Assembly (NCBI GenBank): GCA_017484135.1
Contig: JAFUTQ010000066.1
Location: 754-64,753, forward strand
Source of the DNA: Lachnospiraceae bacterium
Lineage (GTDB): Bacteria; Bacillota; Clostridia; Lachnospirales; Lachnospiraceae
DNA: 64,000 bases
Reading direction: 5' to 3'
Under the pieces are notes generated by a model that worked only from the letters and a program-made list of their open reading frames with translations, was not told the origin of the DNA and did not search any database. Shown here in pieces: positions 30,646 through 40,950 of this stretch. The number at the start of each line of letters is the position of its first letter. Within the stretch, counting starts at the first letter, position 1. Both the position numbers and the translations under genes were made by a program.

Positions 30646-31377
30646 ATGCATCAGTTTTTTTTGGAGAGCAGTCAGATCGGGAAGGCATATGTTACCATTA
30701 TCGGTTCGGATGTCAATCATATTCGAAATGTGCTGCGGATGAAAATCGGAGAAAAAATCCGCGTCAGCGGTTCGGCGGGGGAGAGCTATCTGTGCCGCAT
30801 TGCCGAGTACGGGGACAATTTTGTGCAGGCGGATATTCTTTCGGAGGAGCTTGAGACCGAGCTCCCTTCCAAAATCTATTTATTTCAGGCGCTTCCCAAG
30901 GGTGACCGCATGGAGATAGTGATTGAGAAGGCGGTAGAGCTGGGCGTGTATGAGATTATCCCGATGGAAATGAAATATTGCGTCGTAAAGCTGGATGAAA
31001 AAAAGGCGGCGGCGCGGGTGCGCAAATGGCAGGCGCAGGCGGAGAGCGCGGCAAAACAATCCAGGCGCAGCATCATTCCGCACATCCATGAGGTGGTAAG
31101 CTATGCCGAGGCATTGAAGCTTGCAAATGCATGTGATGTCCGGCTGGTTCCCTATGAGAATGAGGAGGGCGTAGAAGCAACAAGACAGGCGGTTCGGCAG
31201 ATTTGTCCCGGACAGTCGATCAGCGTTATGATCGGCCCGGAGGGAGGATTTGCGCCGGAGGAAATTGCTGCGGCACGCGAAACCATGCAGTCGGTTTCTC
31301 TGGGAAGACGCATATTACGAACGGATACGGCAGGGATGTGTCTGCTTTCCCTGCTCATGCTGCATTTGGAACAATAG
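30646..31377 (+). CDS. rsmE: 16S rRNA m3U1498 methyltransferase
   Basis: HIRNVLRM, KAVELGV, IGPEGGF, SLGRRILRTDTA. Confidence 0.96.
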   Translation: MHQFFLESSQIGKAYVTIIGSDVNHIRNVLRMKIGEKIRVSGSAGESYLCRIAEYGDNFVQADILSEELETELPSKIYLFQALPKGDRMEIVIEKAVELGVYEIIPMEMKYCVVKLDEKKAAARVRKWQAQAESAAKQSRRSIIPHIHEVVSYAEALKLANACDVRLVPYENEEGVEATRQAVRQICPGQSISVMIGPEGGFAPEEIAAARETMQSVSLGRRILRTDTAGMCLLSLLMLHLEQ

Positions 31378-31398
31378 CTGTCGGTGAAGGGAAAGAAC

Positions 31399-32553
31399 AT
31401 GGAGGCATATTTAGATAATGCGGCAACGACCCGCTGCAGTGAACGGGCGTGCCGATTGATGGCAGATTTGCTGACAAGAGATTTCGGCAATCCGTCCTCT
31501 CTGCATATGAAGGGGGTGGAGGCCGAGTGCTATATCGAGGAGGCAAAAAAGAAAATTGCAAAGACGCTTCGTGTGCCGGAGAAGGAGCTGATTTTTACCT
31601 CTGGGGGAACCGAGTCAAACAATCTGGCGATTCTCGGCACTGCAATGGCGAATCAGCGTGCAGGAAAGCACATTATTACCACGGGGATTGAGCATCCGTC
31701 GGTGGCCAATCCGATGCATGCACTGGAGGAACTGGGATTTTCCGTCACTTATCTTGGGGTGGATCAGGATGGACAGATTTCGCTGGAGGAGCTGGAGCAG
31801 GCGGTAACGGATGAGACGATTCTGGTGTCGATGATGCATGTGAATAATGAGATCGGAGCAATTGAGCCCATTGAGGCGGCAGCCCGCATCATCCGTACCA
31901 AAAATCCCGGCACGGTGATTCACGCAGACGGAATCCAGTCCTATGGAAAGCTGCGCGTGTATCCGGAGCGAATGGGACTGGATCTTTTTTCCGCCAGCGG
32001 ACACAAGCTGCATGGACCCAAGGGGATCGGCTTTCTGTGGAAACGGGATAAAATCAAGGTAAAACCGCTGCTGTTGGGAGGCGGACAGCAAAAGGGTATG
32101 CGCTCGGGGACAGAAAATGTTCCGGCGATTGCAGGGCTGGGAGAAGCTGCATGGGAAATGCATCGGCATCTTGAGGAGAACCTGGACCACCTGTATGGGC
32201 TGAAGGAGCATTTTGTAGAAGGGCTTTCCGGGCTGGAACAGGTCTGTGTAAACGGAAAAACCGGGCAGGAGAGTGCACCCCATATTGTGAGTGCAAGCTT
32301 TGCGGGGGTACGGAGCGAGGTGTTGCTTCATGCTCTGGAAAATAAACAGATTTACGTTTCGGCAGGCTCCGCCTGCGCCTCCAACAAACCGACCAAAAGT
32401 CGCACCCTGACAGAAATCGGGCTGAAACCGGAGCTTTTGGATTCCACCATACGGTTCAGCTTCAGTGTTCATACGACGCAGGAAGAGCTGGATTATACAC
32501 TGCAGTGTCTGCAGGAACTCATCCCGGATTTGCGGCGTTACTCCAGGAAATAG
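31399..32553 (+). CDS. Cysteine desulfurase (IscS/NifZ-like, thiI-linked)
   Basis: YLDNAATT, FTSGGTESNN, SGHKLHGPKG, SAGSACAS. Confidence 0.93.
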   Translation: MEAYLDNAATTRCSERACRLMADLLTRDFGNPSSLHMKGVEAECYIEEAKKKIAKTLRVPEKELIFTSGGTESNNLAILGTAMANQRAGKHIITTGIEHPSVANPMHALEELGFSVTYLGVDQDGQISLEELEQAVTDETILVSMMHVNNEIGAIEPIEAAARIIRTKNPGTVIHADGIQSYGKLRVYPERMGLDLFSASGHKLHGPKGIGFLWKRDKIKVKPLLLGGGQQKGMRSGTENVPAIAGLGEAAWEMHRHLEENLDHLYGLKEHFVEGLSGLEQVCVNGKTGQESAPHIVSASFAGVRSEVLLHALENKQIYVSAGSACASNKPTKSRTLTEIGLKPELLDSTIRFSFSVHTTQEELDYTLQCLQELIPDLRRYSRK

Positions 32554-32576
32554 TGATTCGCGAAAGGAACAGAAAC

Positions 32577-33761
32577 ATGTACAGATCGTTTTTGATAAAA
32601 TATGGTGAGATCGGGGTAAAAGGAAAAAACCGCTATATCTTTGAAAATCTGTTGATCGATCAGATCCGGTTTTCGCTGCGTCCGGTGGAGGGTACCTTTG
32701 ATGTGAGAAAGGAACAGGGGCGCATTTATGTAGATGTGACCTCGGAGACTTACGATTATGAGGATACGGTAGAGGCGCTTGGACGGGTATTTGGCGTGGT
32801 GGCATTCTGTCCGCTGCTGCAGGTGGAGGATGAGGGCTTTGACCGACTGGCGGAAACCGTAATCGCTCAGCTGGCAGAGGCTTATCCGGCAAAAAATTTT
32901 TCCTTTAAGGTCAATGCGAGACGTGCCAGAAAGGATTATCCGAAAGATTCCATGACGATTAACGCGGATATGGGAGAAAAGATTCTGGAGGCGTTTCCGG
33001 ACTGCCGCGTGGATGTGCACCATCCGCAGGTTTTGGTCTGCATTGAAATCCGCAGTCTGATCAACATTTATTGGGAGGAAATCCCGGGACCGGGAGGGAT
33101 GCCGGTGGGCTCTAACGGCAGAGCCATGCTGCTTTTGTCCGGCGGAATTGACAGTCCGGTTGCAGGGTACATGGTTTCGAAGCGTGGCGTAGCGATTGAC
33201 GCTACATATTTTCACGCGCCGCCCTATACCAGTGAACGCGCAAAGCAGAAGGTAGTGGATCTGGCCAGGCTGGTAGCGCGTTACAGCGGTCCCATCCGTC
33301 TGCATGTGGTGAATTTTACGGACATTCAGTTATACATCTATGAGAAATGTCCTCATGAGGAGCTGACGATTATCATGCGCCGTTACATGATGAAGCTTGC
33401 GGAGCATTTTGCACAGGAGGACGGCTGCATGGGGTTGATTACCGGAGAGAGCATCGGGCAGGTGGCAAGCCAGACTATGCAATCTCTCTATGTGACCAAT
33501 GAGGTGTGCACGATGCCGGTATATCGCCCGCTGATCGGGTTTGATAAGCAGGAAATTGTGGATGTTTCCGAGAAAATCGAAACCTATGAGACATCGATCC
33601 TTCCCTACGAGGACTGCTGTACGATCTTTGTGGCAAAGCATCCCGTGACCAAGCCGAATCTGGAGCATATCAAAAAATCGGAGCAAAAGCTTGCGGAAAA
33701 AATAGAGGAACTGGTGCAGACTGCCATCGATACAGCCGAAACGATCCGGGTCGAGGCGTGA
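32577..33761 (+). CDS. thiI: tRNA 4-thiouridine synthase ThiI
   Basis: KYGEIGVKGKNR, THUMP domain, LLSGGIDSPVA, TGESIGQVASQT, PYEDCC. Confidence 0.96.
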   Translation: MYRSFLIKYGEIGVKGKNRYIFENLLIDQIRFSLRPVEGTFDVRKEQGRIYVDVTSETYDYEDTVEALGRVFGVVAFCPLLQVEDEGFDRLAETVIAQLAEAYPAKNFSFKVNARRARKDYPKDSMTINADMGEKILEAFPDCRVDVHHPQVLVCIEIRSLINIYWEEIPGPGGMPVGSNGRAMLLLSGGIDSPVAGYMVSKRGVAIDATYFHAPPYTSERAKQKVVDLARLVARYSGPIRLHVVNFTDIQLYIYEKCPHEELTIIMRRYMMKLAEHFAQEDGCMGLITGESIGQVASQTMQSLYVTNEVCTMPVYRPLIGFDKQEIVDVSEKIETYETSILPYEDCCTIFVAKHPVTKPNLEHIKKSEQKLAEKIEELVQTAIDTAETIRVEA

Positions 33762-33782
33762 GGTGCGGTTCTACGCATGAAA

Positions 33783-33812
33783 AAAAGAGATTGCGTCCAC
33801 GCAATCTCTTTT
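33783..33812. terminator. Bidirectional intrinsic terminator
   Basis: AAAAGAGATTGCG-TCCA-CGCAATCTCTTTT between convergent thiI and the HPr-like gene. Confidence 0.88.
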
Positions 33813-33833
33813 GACACAAGCATTATTGCATTC

Positions 33834-34064
33834 TTATACGAGATAAGGCTTGATGACCTCCATGATCTCATCCACACCGGTCTCAGCATGAATTGCCAGA
33901 TCAATCGGCTTGGACAGATCCAAACTGAAAATACCCATGATGGATTTTGCATCGATTACATATCTGCCGGAAATCAGGTCGAAATCAAACTCAAACTGTG
34001 TAATCGCATTTACGAAGGATTTCACCTTGTCAATTGAATTAAGAGAAATTTGAACTGTTTTCAT
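33834..34064 (-). CDS. HPr-family protein lacking the His15 region
   Basis: VIDAKSIMGIFSL (Ser46 motif) present, no GLHARP motif. RBS AAGGAGG. Confidence 0.88.
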   Translation of the reverse strand: MKTVQISLNSIDKVKSFVNAITQFEFDFDLISGRYVIDAKSIMGIFSLDLSKPIDLAIHAETGVDEIMEVIKPYLV

Positions 34065-34155
34065 ATAAGGACCTCCTTGTAGTCGCTATGATTTACTTCT
34101 CTAATAGTAACTGCTTTGTGGTCAAAAGTCAACCGGAAGTGAGGAAAAAAGTAAA

Positions 34156-35475
34156 ATGAAAAAGGCAGCGTTACATAATCTGGGCTGCAAGGTAAATGCC
34201 TATGAGACAGAAGCCATGCGGCAGATGCTTGAAAAAGCAGGATATCAGATTGTGCCGTTTACCGATCACGCGGACGTTTATGTCATCAATACCTGTTCCG
34301 TTACCAATATTGCAGATCGCAAATCCCGCCAGATGCTTCACAGGGCAAAAAAAGAAAATCCGGCAAGCATTGTGGTAGCTGCGGGCTGTTATGTGCAGAC
34401 CTCTCCCGAGGCGGCGAAGGCTGATGAAGCGATCGATATTATCATTGGGAATGACAGAAAGCACGAGCTGATACAGCTGATTGAGGAATATGACGGACTG
34501 CGCGAAAAACGGGTTTTGACAGAGCTCTGTGACATCAATGAGCCGGGAAGGACTTACGAAACACTTTCTCTGGAACGCACGGCAGAACACACCAGAGCGT
34601 TTCTCAAGGTTCAGGATGGCTGTAACCAGTTTTGCAGCTACTGCGTGATTCCCTATGCCAGAGGACGGGTCAGAAGCAGGCTGTCGGAGGAGGTGGCGGG
34701 GGAGGTAAAAAGGCTTGCCGCGAACGGCTGCCGCGAGGTGGTGCTTACCGGCATTCATCTGAGCTCCTATGGCACGGATCATGGGGAAACTCTTTTGGAT
34801 CTGATCCGAAGGGTGCATGAGGTGCAGGGAATCCGGCGCATCCGGCTGGGTTCGCTGGAGCCGGGAATCATTACGGAGGAGTTTGTGGGGGCACTTGCAG
34901 GAATGGAAAAGGTCTGTCCCCATTTTCATCTGTCCCTGCAGAGTGGCTGTGATGAAACGCTCAGGCGGATGAATCGGCGATATGATACCGCACAATATGA
35001 AAAGAAATGCAGTCTGATTCGCAGCTATTATGAACATCCGGCCATCACAACCGATGTGATTGTGGGCTTTCCCGGGGAGACAGAGGAGGAGTTTGAACGA
35101 ACAAAGGAGTTCCTGCAGCGGATTCAGTTTTATGAGATGCATATCTTTCCATACTCTCCGCGAAAGGGGACAAGAGCGGCTGTCATGGAGGGACAGATTC
35201 CGGAATCGGTCAAAAAAACACGCAGCGAAAGCCTGCTGAAGCTTGCAAAGGATATGTCCCAGGTATTCCGGTCATACTATATCGGAAAAGAGGAGGAGGT
35301 TCTTCTGGAAGAAAAAGTGCAGATTGGCGCAGAGGAATACTATACCGGATACACGCGGGAATATGTCCGGGTGGCCGTGCAAAGCGAGCAGACAGCGGAA
35401 AATCAGCTTCGCTGCGGCATCATCACGGGACAACTGACAGAGGGTGTGTATCGGATGCAAAACGATTTTGCTTGA
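34156..35475 (+). CDS. mtaB: tRNA methylthiotransferase MtaB
   Basis: LGCKVNAYE, NTCSVT, KVQDGCNQFCSYC..PYARG, H.FPYSPRKGT.A. Confidence 0.94.
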   Translation: MKKAALHNLGCKVNAYETEAMRQMLEKAGYQIVPFTDHADVYVINTCSVTNIADRKSRQMLHRAKKENPASIVVAAGCYVQTSPEAAKADEAIDIIIGNDRKHELIQLIEEYDGLREKRVLTELCDINEPGRTYETLSLERTAEHTRAFLKVQDGCNQFCSYCVIPYARGRVRSRLSEEVAGEVKRLAANGCREVVLTGIHLSSYGTDHGETLLDLIRRVHEVQGIRRIRLGSLEPGIITEEFVGALAGMEKVCPHFHLSLQSGCDETLRRMNRRYDTAQYEKKCSLIRSYYEHPAITTDVIVGFPGETEEEFERTKEFLQRIQFYEMHIFPYSPRKGTRAAVMEGQIPESVKKTRSESLLKLAKDMSQVFRSYYIGKEEEVLLEEKVQIGAEEYYTGYTREYVRVAVQSEQTAENQLRCGIITGQLTEGVYRMQNDFA

Positions 35476-35560
35476 ATTTTCCTTCCCTTTATATTAGAAT
35501 AGGTTAGGCAATGCTTTTTCATTCAGTAGGACAAAAGAGCAGGATGAGGCGTAGGGAGAT

Positions 35561-35824
35561 ATGCAGAACATAAATCATACACAATATTTTAAGGTTGAGA
35601 AGATACCGGAGCTGAAGGTAAAAGACGTGTTGGAAGTGGTATATCAGGCGTTATCGGAGAAAGGCTACAATCCGGTAAACCAGATCGTTGGATATATCAT
35701 GTCCGGTGATCCGACTTATATTACCAGTCACAACAGTGCCCGCAGTCTGATTATGAAGGTAGAGCGGGATGAGCTTGTGGAGGAAATCTTAAAGGAATAC
35801 ATTCATTCAAACTCGTGGAAGTAG
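35561..35824 (+). CDS. ireB: IreB/ReoM family (UPF0297) protein
   Basis: [26 protein letters not shown]...[13 protein letters not shown]. Confidence 0.93.
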   Translation: MQNINHTQYFKVEKIPELKVKDVLEVVYQALSEKGYNPVNQIVGYIMSGDPTYITSHNSARSLIMKVERDELVEEILKEYIHSNSWK

Positions 35825-35830
35825 GTGCCC

Positions 35831-36256
35831 ATGCGTATCATCGGATTGGATTTTGGTTCCCGGACAGTCGGAGTTGCGGTCAGTGATGAACTGCTTCTTA
35901 CCGCACAGAGTGTGGAGACTGTATGCAGAAAGGCACCGGGAAAGCTGCGGCAGACGCTGGCAAGAATTGAGGAACTGATACGGGAATATCAGGCAGAGCA
36001 GATTGTGCTTGGGTTTCCGAAAAATATGAATAACACAGAAGGGGAACGCTGTGCCAGAACCTTGGAATTTAAGGAGCTTCTGGAACGGCGCACAGGGTTA
36101 GAAGTCGTGTTGTGGGATGAACGTCTGACCACTGTGGCAGCGGAACAGACGATGAAGGAGGTCGGAATCCGGAGAGAACACCGCAAAGAGTATGCAGATC
36201 AGCTTGCGGCAGTATTTATTTTACAGGGATATCTGGATTACCGGGGCAGCCGGTAG
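35831..36256 (+). CDS. ruvX: YqgF/RuvX family nuclease
   Basis: [45 protein letters not shown]. Confidence 0.94.
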   Translation: MRIIGLDFGSRTVGVAVSDELLLTAQSVETVCRKAPGKLRQTLARIEELIREYQAEQIVLGFPKNMNNTEGERCARTLEFKELLERRTGLEVVLWDERLTTVAAEQTMKEVGIRREHRKEYADQLAAVFILQGYLDYRGSR

Positions 36257-36292
36257 ATTTTCCTGTAGAGAGGAACAGGAGAACAATCAAAT

Positions 36293-36553
36293 ATGGAAAA
36301 AATCAGTTTTACAGATCCGGATACAAACGAATGTCTGGAGTTTTTTGTGTTGGAACAGACCGCGATCGGAGGATGCAGCTACCTTCTTGTTACACTGGAT
36401 GAGAAGGGGGATTCTGATGCGCTTGTTTTGCGTGAAAAAGAGCAGGAAAATGAGCAGACCGCTGTGTATGAGATCGTTGAGGATGAAAAAGAATTAGCGC
36501 TCATTGCCCCGATTTTTGAGGAGCTGCTGGAGGATGTGGCGATTGAGCTGTAG
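36293..36553 (+). CDS. DUF1292-family protein
   Basis: Small acidic protein in the conserved ireB-ruvX-DUF1292-rnj order. Confidence 0.8.
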   Translation: MEKISFTDPDTNECLEFFVLEQTAIGGCSYLLVTLDEKGDSDALVLREKEQENEQTAVYEIVEDEKELALIAPIFEELLEDVAIEL

Positions 36554-36597
36554 AAAAGAGAAATAGTTTATTACGACTGCAAAACGGAGGTGCAAAT

Positions 36598-38265
36598 TTG
36601 AAGAAAAAACAGTCAAAATCAAGATTGAAAATCATTCCGCTGGGAGGATTGGAGCAGATTGGAATGAACATTACTGCCTTTGAGTATGAGGACAGTATTA
36701 TTGTGGTGGACTGCGGTCTGTCCTTTCCGAATGATCAAATGTACGGGGTGGATCTTGTGATACCCGATGTCACATATTTGAAGGAGAACCTTGACAAGGT
36801 AAAGGGATTTTTTATCACGCATGGACACGAGGATCACATCGGTGCGATTCCCTATGTACTGCGGGAGGTCAATGTACCGATTTATGCCACAAAGCTTACG
36901 ATTGCAATTATTGAGCACAAGCTGGAAGAACACAATATGCTCAAAAAGGTAAAGCGTAAGGTGGTAAAGTACGGGCAGAACATCAATCTGGGAGCCTTTC
37001 ATGTAGAATTTATACGAACCAATCACAGTATTCAGGATGCGGCCGCACTGGCCATCTATTCCGGTGCCGGGATTGTGGTGCATACCGGTGATTTCAAGGT
37101 GGATTACACACCGGTGTACGGAGATGCGATTGATCTGCAGCGTTTCGGTGAAATCGGAAAAAAGGGCGTGCTTGCGCTGATGTGCGATTCCACGAATGCA
37201 GAGCGGCCGGGCTTTACTATGTCTGAGCGAACGGTGGGAAATACCTTTGACAATATTTTCAGAGAGCATCAGAATAATCGCCTGATCATTGCCACGTTTG
37301 CCTCAAATGTGGATCGTGTGCAGCAGATCATCAACTCTGTCAATAAGTACGGCAGGAAGGTAGTGGTAGAAGGGCGCAGCATGGTGACGATTATTACCAT
37401 TGCATCCAAGCTCGGTTACCTGAATATACCGGACAATACACTGATTGATATCGAGCAGCTGAAAAATTATCCCGATGAGCAGACGGTCATCATTACCACC
37501 GGCAGCCAGGGAGAATCCATGGCGGCACTGTCACGCATGGCAAATTCCACACACCGGAAGGTTACGATTAAGCCGAAGGACACAATTATTTTCAGCTCCA
37601 ATCCGATTCCCGGAAATGAAAAGGCGGTGTCGGATGTGATCAACGATCTTGCGATGAAAGGGGCTGAGGTCATCTTTCAGGATGTGCATGTGTCCGGGCA
37701 TGCGTGTCAGGAGGACATCAAGCTGATTTATTCTCTGGTAAAGCCCAAATACGCGATTCCGGTGCATGGCGAATACCGACATCTGATTGCGCAGGCAAAG
37801 GTGGCGGAGCAGTTAGGAATATCCAAAGACAATATCTTCATTCTTTCATCGGGCGATGTGCTGGAGCTGGACGATGAGAAGGCAGGAGTAACCGGTCATG
37901 TTCAGGTGGGAGATATTCTGGTAGACGGACTGGGTGTCGGCGATGTGGGAAATGTCGTGCTGCGGGACAGACAGCATCTCGCACAGGAGGGTATCATCAT
38001 TGTGACGGTTACGCTGGACATGGAAGCACGCATTGTCATGGCCGGACCGGAAATTGTATCAAGGGGCTTTGTGTATGTACGGGGTTCTGCCAGTCTTATG
38101 GATGAGGCGAGACAGGTCGTTCAGATTGTGATTGAACGATTCCTTGACAAAAACAGTATGGAATGGAATAAACTAAAAACAGATATTAAAGATGCTTTGG
38201 GAGATTTTGTATGGAAAGAGACGAAGCGGAGACCTATGGTTATTCCGATAATCATGGATATATAG
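36598..38265 (+). CDS. rnj: Ribonuclease J
   Basis: IIPLGGLEQIGMN, THGHEDHIG, HTGDFK, HVSGHA, PVHGE. Confidence 0.97.
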   Translation: MKKKQSKSRLKIIPLGGLEQIGMNITAFEYEDSIIVVDCGLSFPNDQMYGVDLVIPDVTYLKENLDKVKGFFITHGHEDHIGAIPYVLREVNVPIYATKLTIAIIEHKLEEHNMLKKVKRKVVKYGQNINLGAFHVEFIRTNHSIQDAAALAIYSGAGIVVHTGDFKVDYTPVYGDAIDLQRFGEIGKKGVLALMCDSTNAERPGFTMSERTVGNTFDNIFREHQNNRLIIATFASNVDRVQQIINSVNKYGRKVVVEGRSMVTIITIASKLGYLNIPDNTLIDIEQLKNYPDEQTVIITTGSQGESMAALSRMANSTHRKVTIKPKDTIIFSSNPIPGNEKAVSDVINDLAMKGAEVIFQDVHVSGHACQEDIKLIYSLVKPKYAIPVHGEYRHLIAQAKVAEQLGISKDNIFILSSGDVLELDDEKAGVTGHVQVGDILVDGLGVGDVGNVVLRDRQHLAQEGIIIVTVTLDMEARIVMAGPEIVSRGFVYVRGSASLMDEARQVVQIVIERFLDKNSMEWNKLKTDIKDALGDFVWKETKRRPMVIPIIMDI

Positions 38266-38273
38266 GTGATGGT

Positions 38274-38615
38274 ATGAATGCGATCAGTGAAAAAACGGCG
38301 GATTTGATAGTTGCAATACGGGAGAGCCAGGAATATCAGCGTTATCAGGCGGCAAGAAAAAAGCTGCACGAGGATCCGGATCTGGAGCGGACGATTCATG
38401 CATTCCGTAAGCGCAGTTATCAGATCCAAAACAGCGGAAATGTGGACTTGTTTAACGAGATAGATCGGCTGGACTGGGAGAACAGCCAGATGATACGAAA
38501 TCCCATTGCGGAGGAATATATCGCGGCGGAAGTCGCATACTGCCGCGTGGTGCAGGAAATCAACTGGCGGCTGATTCAGGGGATGGATTTTGATGTCGGA
38601 TTTATGAATGAATGA
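38274..38615 (+). CDS. YlbF/YmcA-family regulator
   Basis: AI.ES.EY..Y..A...L..D pattern. Start reassigned to ATG 38274. Confidence 0.75.
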   Translation: MNAISEKTADLIVAIRESQEYQRYQAARKKLHEDPDLERTIHAFRKRSYQIQNSGNVDLFNEIDRLDWENSQMIRNPIAEEYIAAEVAYCRVVQEINWRLIQGMDFDVGFMNE

Positions 38616-38658
38616 TGCGTTGACTTGAAAAACAAAGGATGATTGTGGGGGATTTCGT

Positions 38659-39042
38659 ATGGATGCCGGAAAAGTTGTGATGAAGCTTGTGAGGGTGTGT
38701 TTTTCCCTGCTGATGATTGTGTTGGTTATTTTTATTCTCTTTCGGGCAGGAAGCTATTCGTATCAGATGGGATACCGGCTGTTTGCCGAGGAGCCGGTAT
38801 CGGATGCACCGGGACAGGATGTGGTAGTGAGGATTTCCGAGGACATGTCGGCGCGGGAAATCGGAAATGTTCTGGAAGCAAGACATTTGATCAGAGACGG
38901 AAAGCTCTTTGCCGTCCAGCTGAGTATTTCGTCCTATAAGGATGATATCAAGCCGGGGTCCTATACGCTGAATACCTCCATGACGATGAAAGAGATGATA
39001 CAGGTCATGGCGGCTTCCGGGGCGGAGGTTGAGAGCAATTGA
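38659..39042 (+). CDS. Short MltG/YceG-like membrane protein (N-terminal domain only)
   Basis: TM helix, then S..EIG..LE...LI.D, IKPGSY.LN.SM...E.I. Confidence 0.75.
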   Translation: MDAGKVVMKLVRVCFSLLMIVLVIFILFRAGSYSYQMGYRLFAEEPVSDAPGQDVVVRISEDMSAREIGNVLEARHLIRDGKLFAVQLSISSYKDDIKPGSYTLNTSMTMKEMIQVMAASGAEVESN

Positions 39043-39680
39043 TCGTAGATGAGAGACTGAGAACCTTTATCAATTCCCTGGATACGGGAAATACAAAGCT
39101 TCTTGAACAGATTGAGCGGGAGGCCGTGGAGACAGACGTGCCCATTATCCGCAGGGAAATGCAGACGTTTTTGAAAACGATGCTTGCCCTGACCCGGCCG
39201 ACCCGTATTTTAGAGGTGGGAACGGCAATCGGGTTTTCTGCGATTCTGATGGCAACCTATAACCCGGTGGACTGCGAGATTGTTACCATTGAAAATTACG
39301 AAAAAAGAATTCCCGTAGCGCGGGAAAATTTCGAGCGTGCGGGAAAAGAGAAACAAATCACCCTGCTGGAGGGCGATGCCGCGGAGGTATTGAAAACGCT
39401 GACCGGAGTGTATGATCTGATCTTTATGGATGCTGCCAAGGGGCAGTATATCCGTTTTTTGCCGGAGATCAAACGGCTGCTGGCATCGGGCGGAATGTTG
39501 ATTTCCGACAATGTGCTGCAGGAGGGGGAGATTCTGGAATCACATTTTATCGTAACCAGAAGAAATCGCACAATCCACAAACGAATGCGGGAGTATTTAT
39601 ATGAGCTGACGCACACAGAACAGTTTGTGACATCGGTGCTGCCTGTGGGAGACGGAATTACGGTCAGTGTGAAAAAATGA
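39039..39680 (+). CDS. O-methyltransferase (YrrM/TrmR-like)
   Basis: ILEVGTAIGFSA, DLIFMDAAKGQY, DNVL, PVGDG. Confidence 0.9.
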   Translation: MIVDERLRTFINSLDTGNTKLLEQIEREAVETDVPIIRREMQTFLKTMLALTRPTRILEVGTAIGFSAILMATYNPVDCEIVTIENYEKRIPVARENFERAGKEKQITLLEGDAAEVLKTLTGVYDLIFMDAAKGQYIRFLPEIKRLLASGGMLISDNVLQEGEILESHFIVTRRNRTIHKRMREYLYELTHTEQFVTSVLPVGDGITVSVKK

Positions 39681-39705
39681 GGCAGCAGGTAGGAGGAAGG
39701 GCAAT

Positions 39706-40950
39706 ATGAGGCCAGTGGAGCTGTTGGTTCCGGCCGGAAGTCTTGAAGTGTTAAAAATCGCAGTCGTATATGGCGCAGATGCGGTTTATATCGGCGGGGA
39801 TGTTTTCGGACTGCGGGCGAAAGCCAAAAATTTTTCCCGGGAGGAAATGAAGGAGGGCATTGCGTTTGCCCATGCGCATGGGGTCAAGGTGTATGTGACG
39901 GCAAATATTCTGGCGCACAATTCGGATCTGGAGGGAGTGCGGGAGTATTTTCTGGAGTTAAAAGAAATCAAGCCGGATGCGCTGATCATATCCGATCCGG
40001 GAGTCTATGCGATTGCGCGCGAGGTGTGCCCCGAAATTGAGCGCCATGTGAGTACACAGGCGAACAATACAAACTATGGCACCTATCGTTTCTGGTGGAA
40101 GCAGGGCGCAAAGCGCGTGGTCGCTGCCAGAGAGCTTTCACTTGCGGAAATCGGACAGATCCGGGAGCAGATACCGCCGGAGATGGAGATTGAAGCCTTT
40201 ATTCACGGGGCGATGTGCATCTCCTATTCCGGGCGCTGTCTGCTCAGCAATTACTTTACCGGACGGGATGCCAATCAGGGTGCCTGTACACACCCCTGCC
40301 GTTGGAACTATGCGGTGGTGGAGGAGAGCCGGCCGGGCGAATATCTGCCTGTCTACGAGAATGAGCGCGGAACCTACATTTTCAACTCAAAGGATCTGTG
40401 CATGATCGGATACATCCCGGAGCTTTTGGAGGCCGGAATTGATTCGTTCAAGATTGAGGGACGGATGAAGACGGCATTGTACGTCGCTACGGTGGCGAGA
40501 ACCTATCGGAAGGCGATCGATGATTATCTGGAATCGCCGGAGCTTTATCAAAAGAACATGCCATGGTACTTAGAACAGATCTCAAATTGCACCTACCGCC
40601 AGTTTACGACAGGCTTTTTCTTCGGCAAGCCCTCACAGGAGGCGCAGATCTATGACAGCAATACCTATCTTAAGGAGTACACCTATCTGGGGATTGTGGG
40701 GACAAGGAATGAACAGGGACTGTATCGCATCGAACAGCGGAACAAGTTCTCAGTAGGCGAACAGATTGAGGTGATGAAGCCGGACGGGGAAAATCGGAGG
40801 GTAACGGTAAAGCGCATTGTGGACGAGCAGGGGAAGGATATGGAGTCTGCCCCGCATCCGAAGCAGGTGCTGTATCTGGATCTGGGTGTGCCTTTGGAGC
40901 AGTATGATATCCTGCGCAGGCAGGAGGCAATGGAGGAAACGAAATGCTGA
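39706..40950 (+). CDS. U32-family peptidase (TrhP-like tRNA hydroxylation protein)
   Basis: ELLVPAG, GADAVY, HGAMCISYSGRCLLS, G.C.HPCRW, KIEGRMK. Confidence 0.92.
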   Translation: MRPVELLVPAGSLEVLKIAVVYGADAVYIGGDVFGLRAKAKNFSREEMKEGIAFAHAHGVKVYVTANILAHNSDLEGVREYFLELKEIKPDALIISDPGVYAIAREVCPEIERHVSTQANNTNYGTYRFWWKQGAKRVVAARELSLAEIGQIREQIPPEMEIEAFIHGAMCISYSGRCLLSNYFTGRDANQGACTHPCRWNYAVVEESRPGEYLPVYENERGTYIFNSKDLCMIGYIPELLEAGIDSFKIEGRMKTALYVATVARTYRKAIDDYLESPELYQKNMPWYLEQISNCTYRQFTTGFFFGKPSQEAQIYDSNTYLKEYTYLGIVGTRNEQGLYRIEQRNKFSVGEQIEVMKPDGENRRVTVKRIVDEQGKDMESAPHPKQVLYLDLGVPLEQYDILRRQEAMEETKC

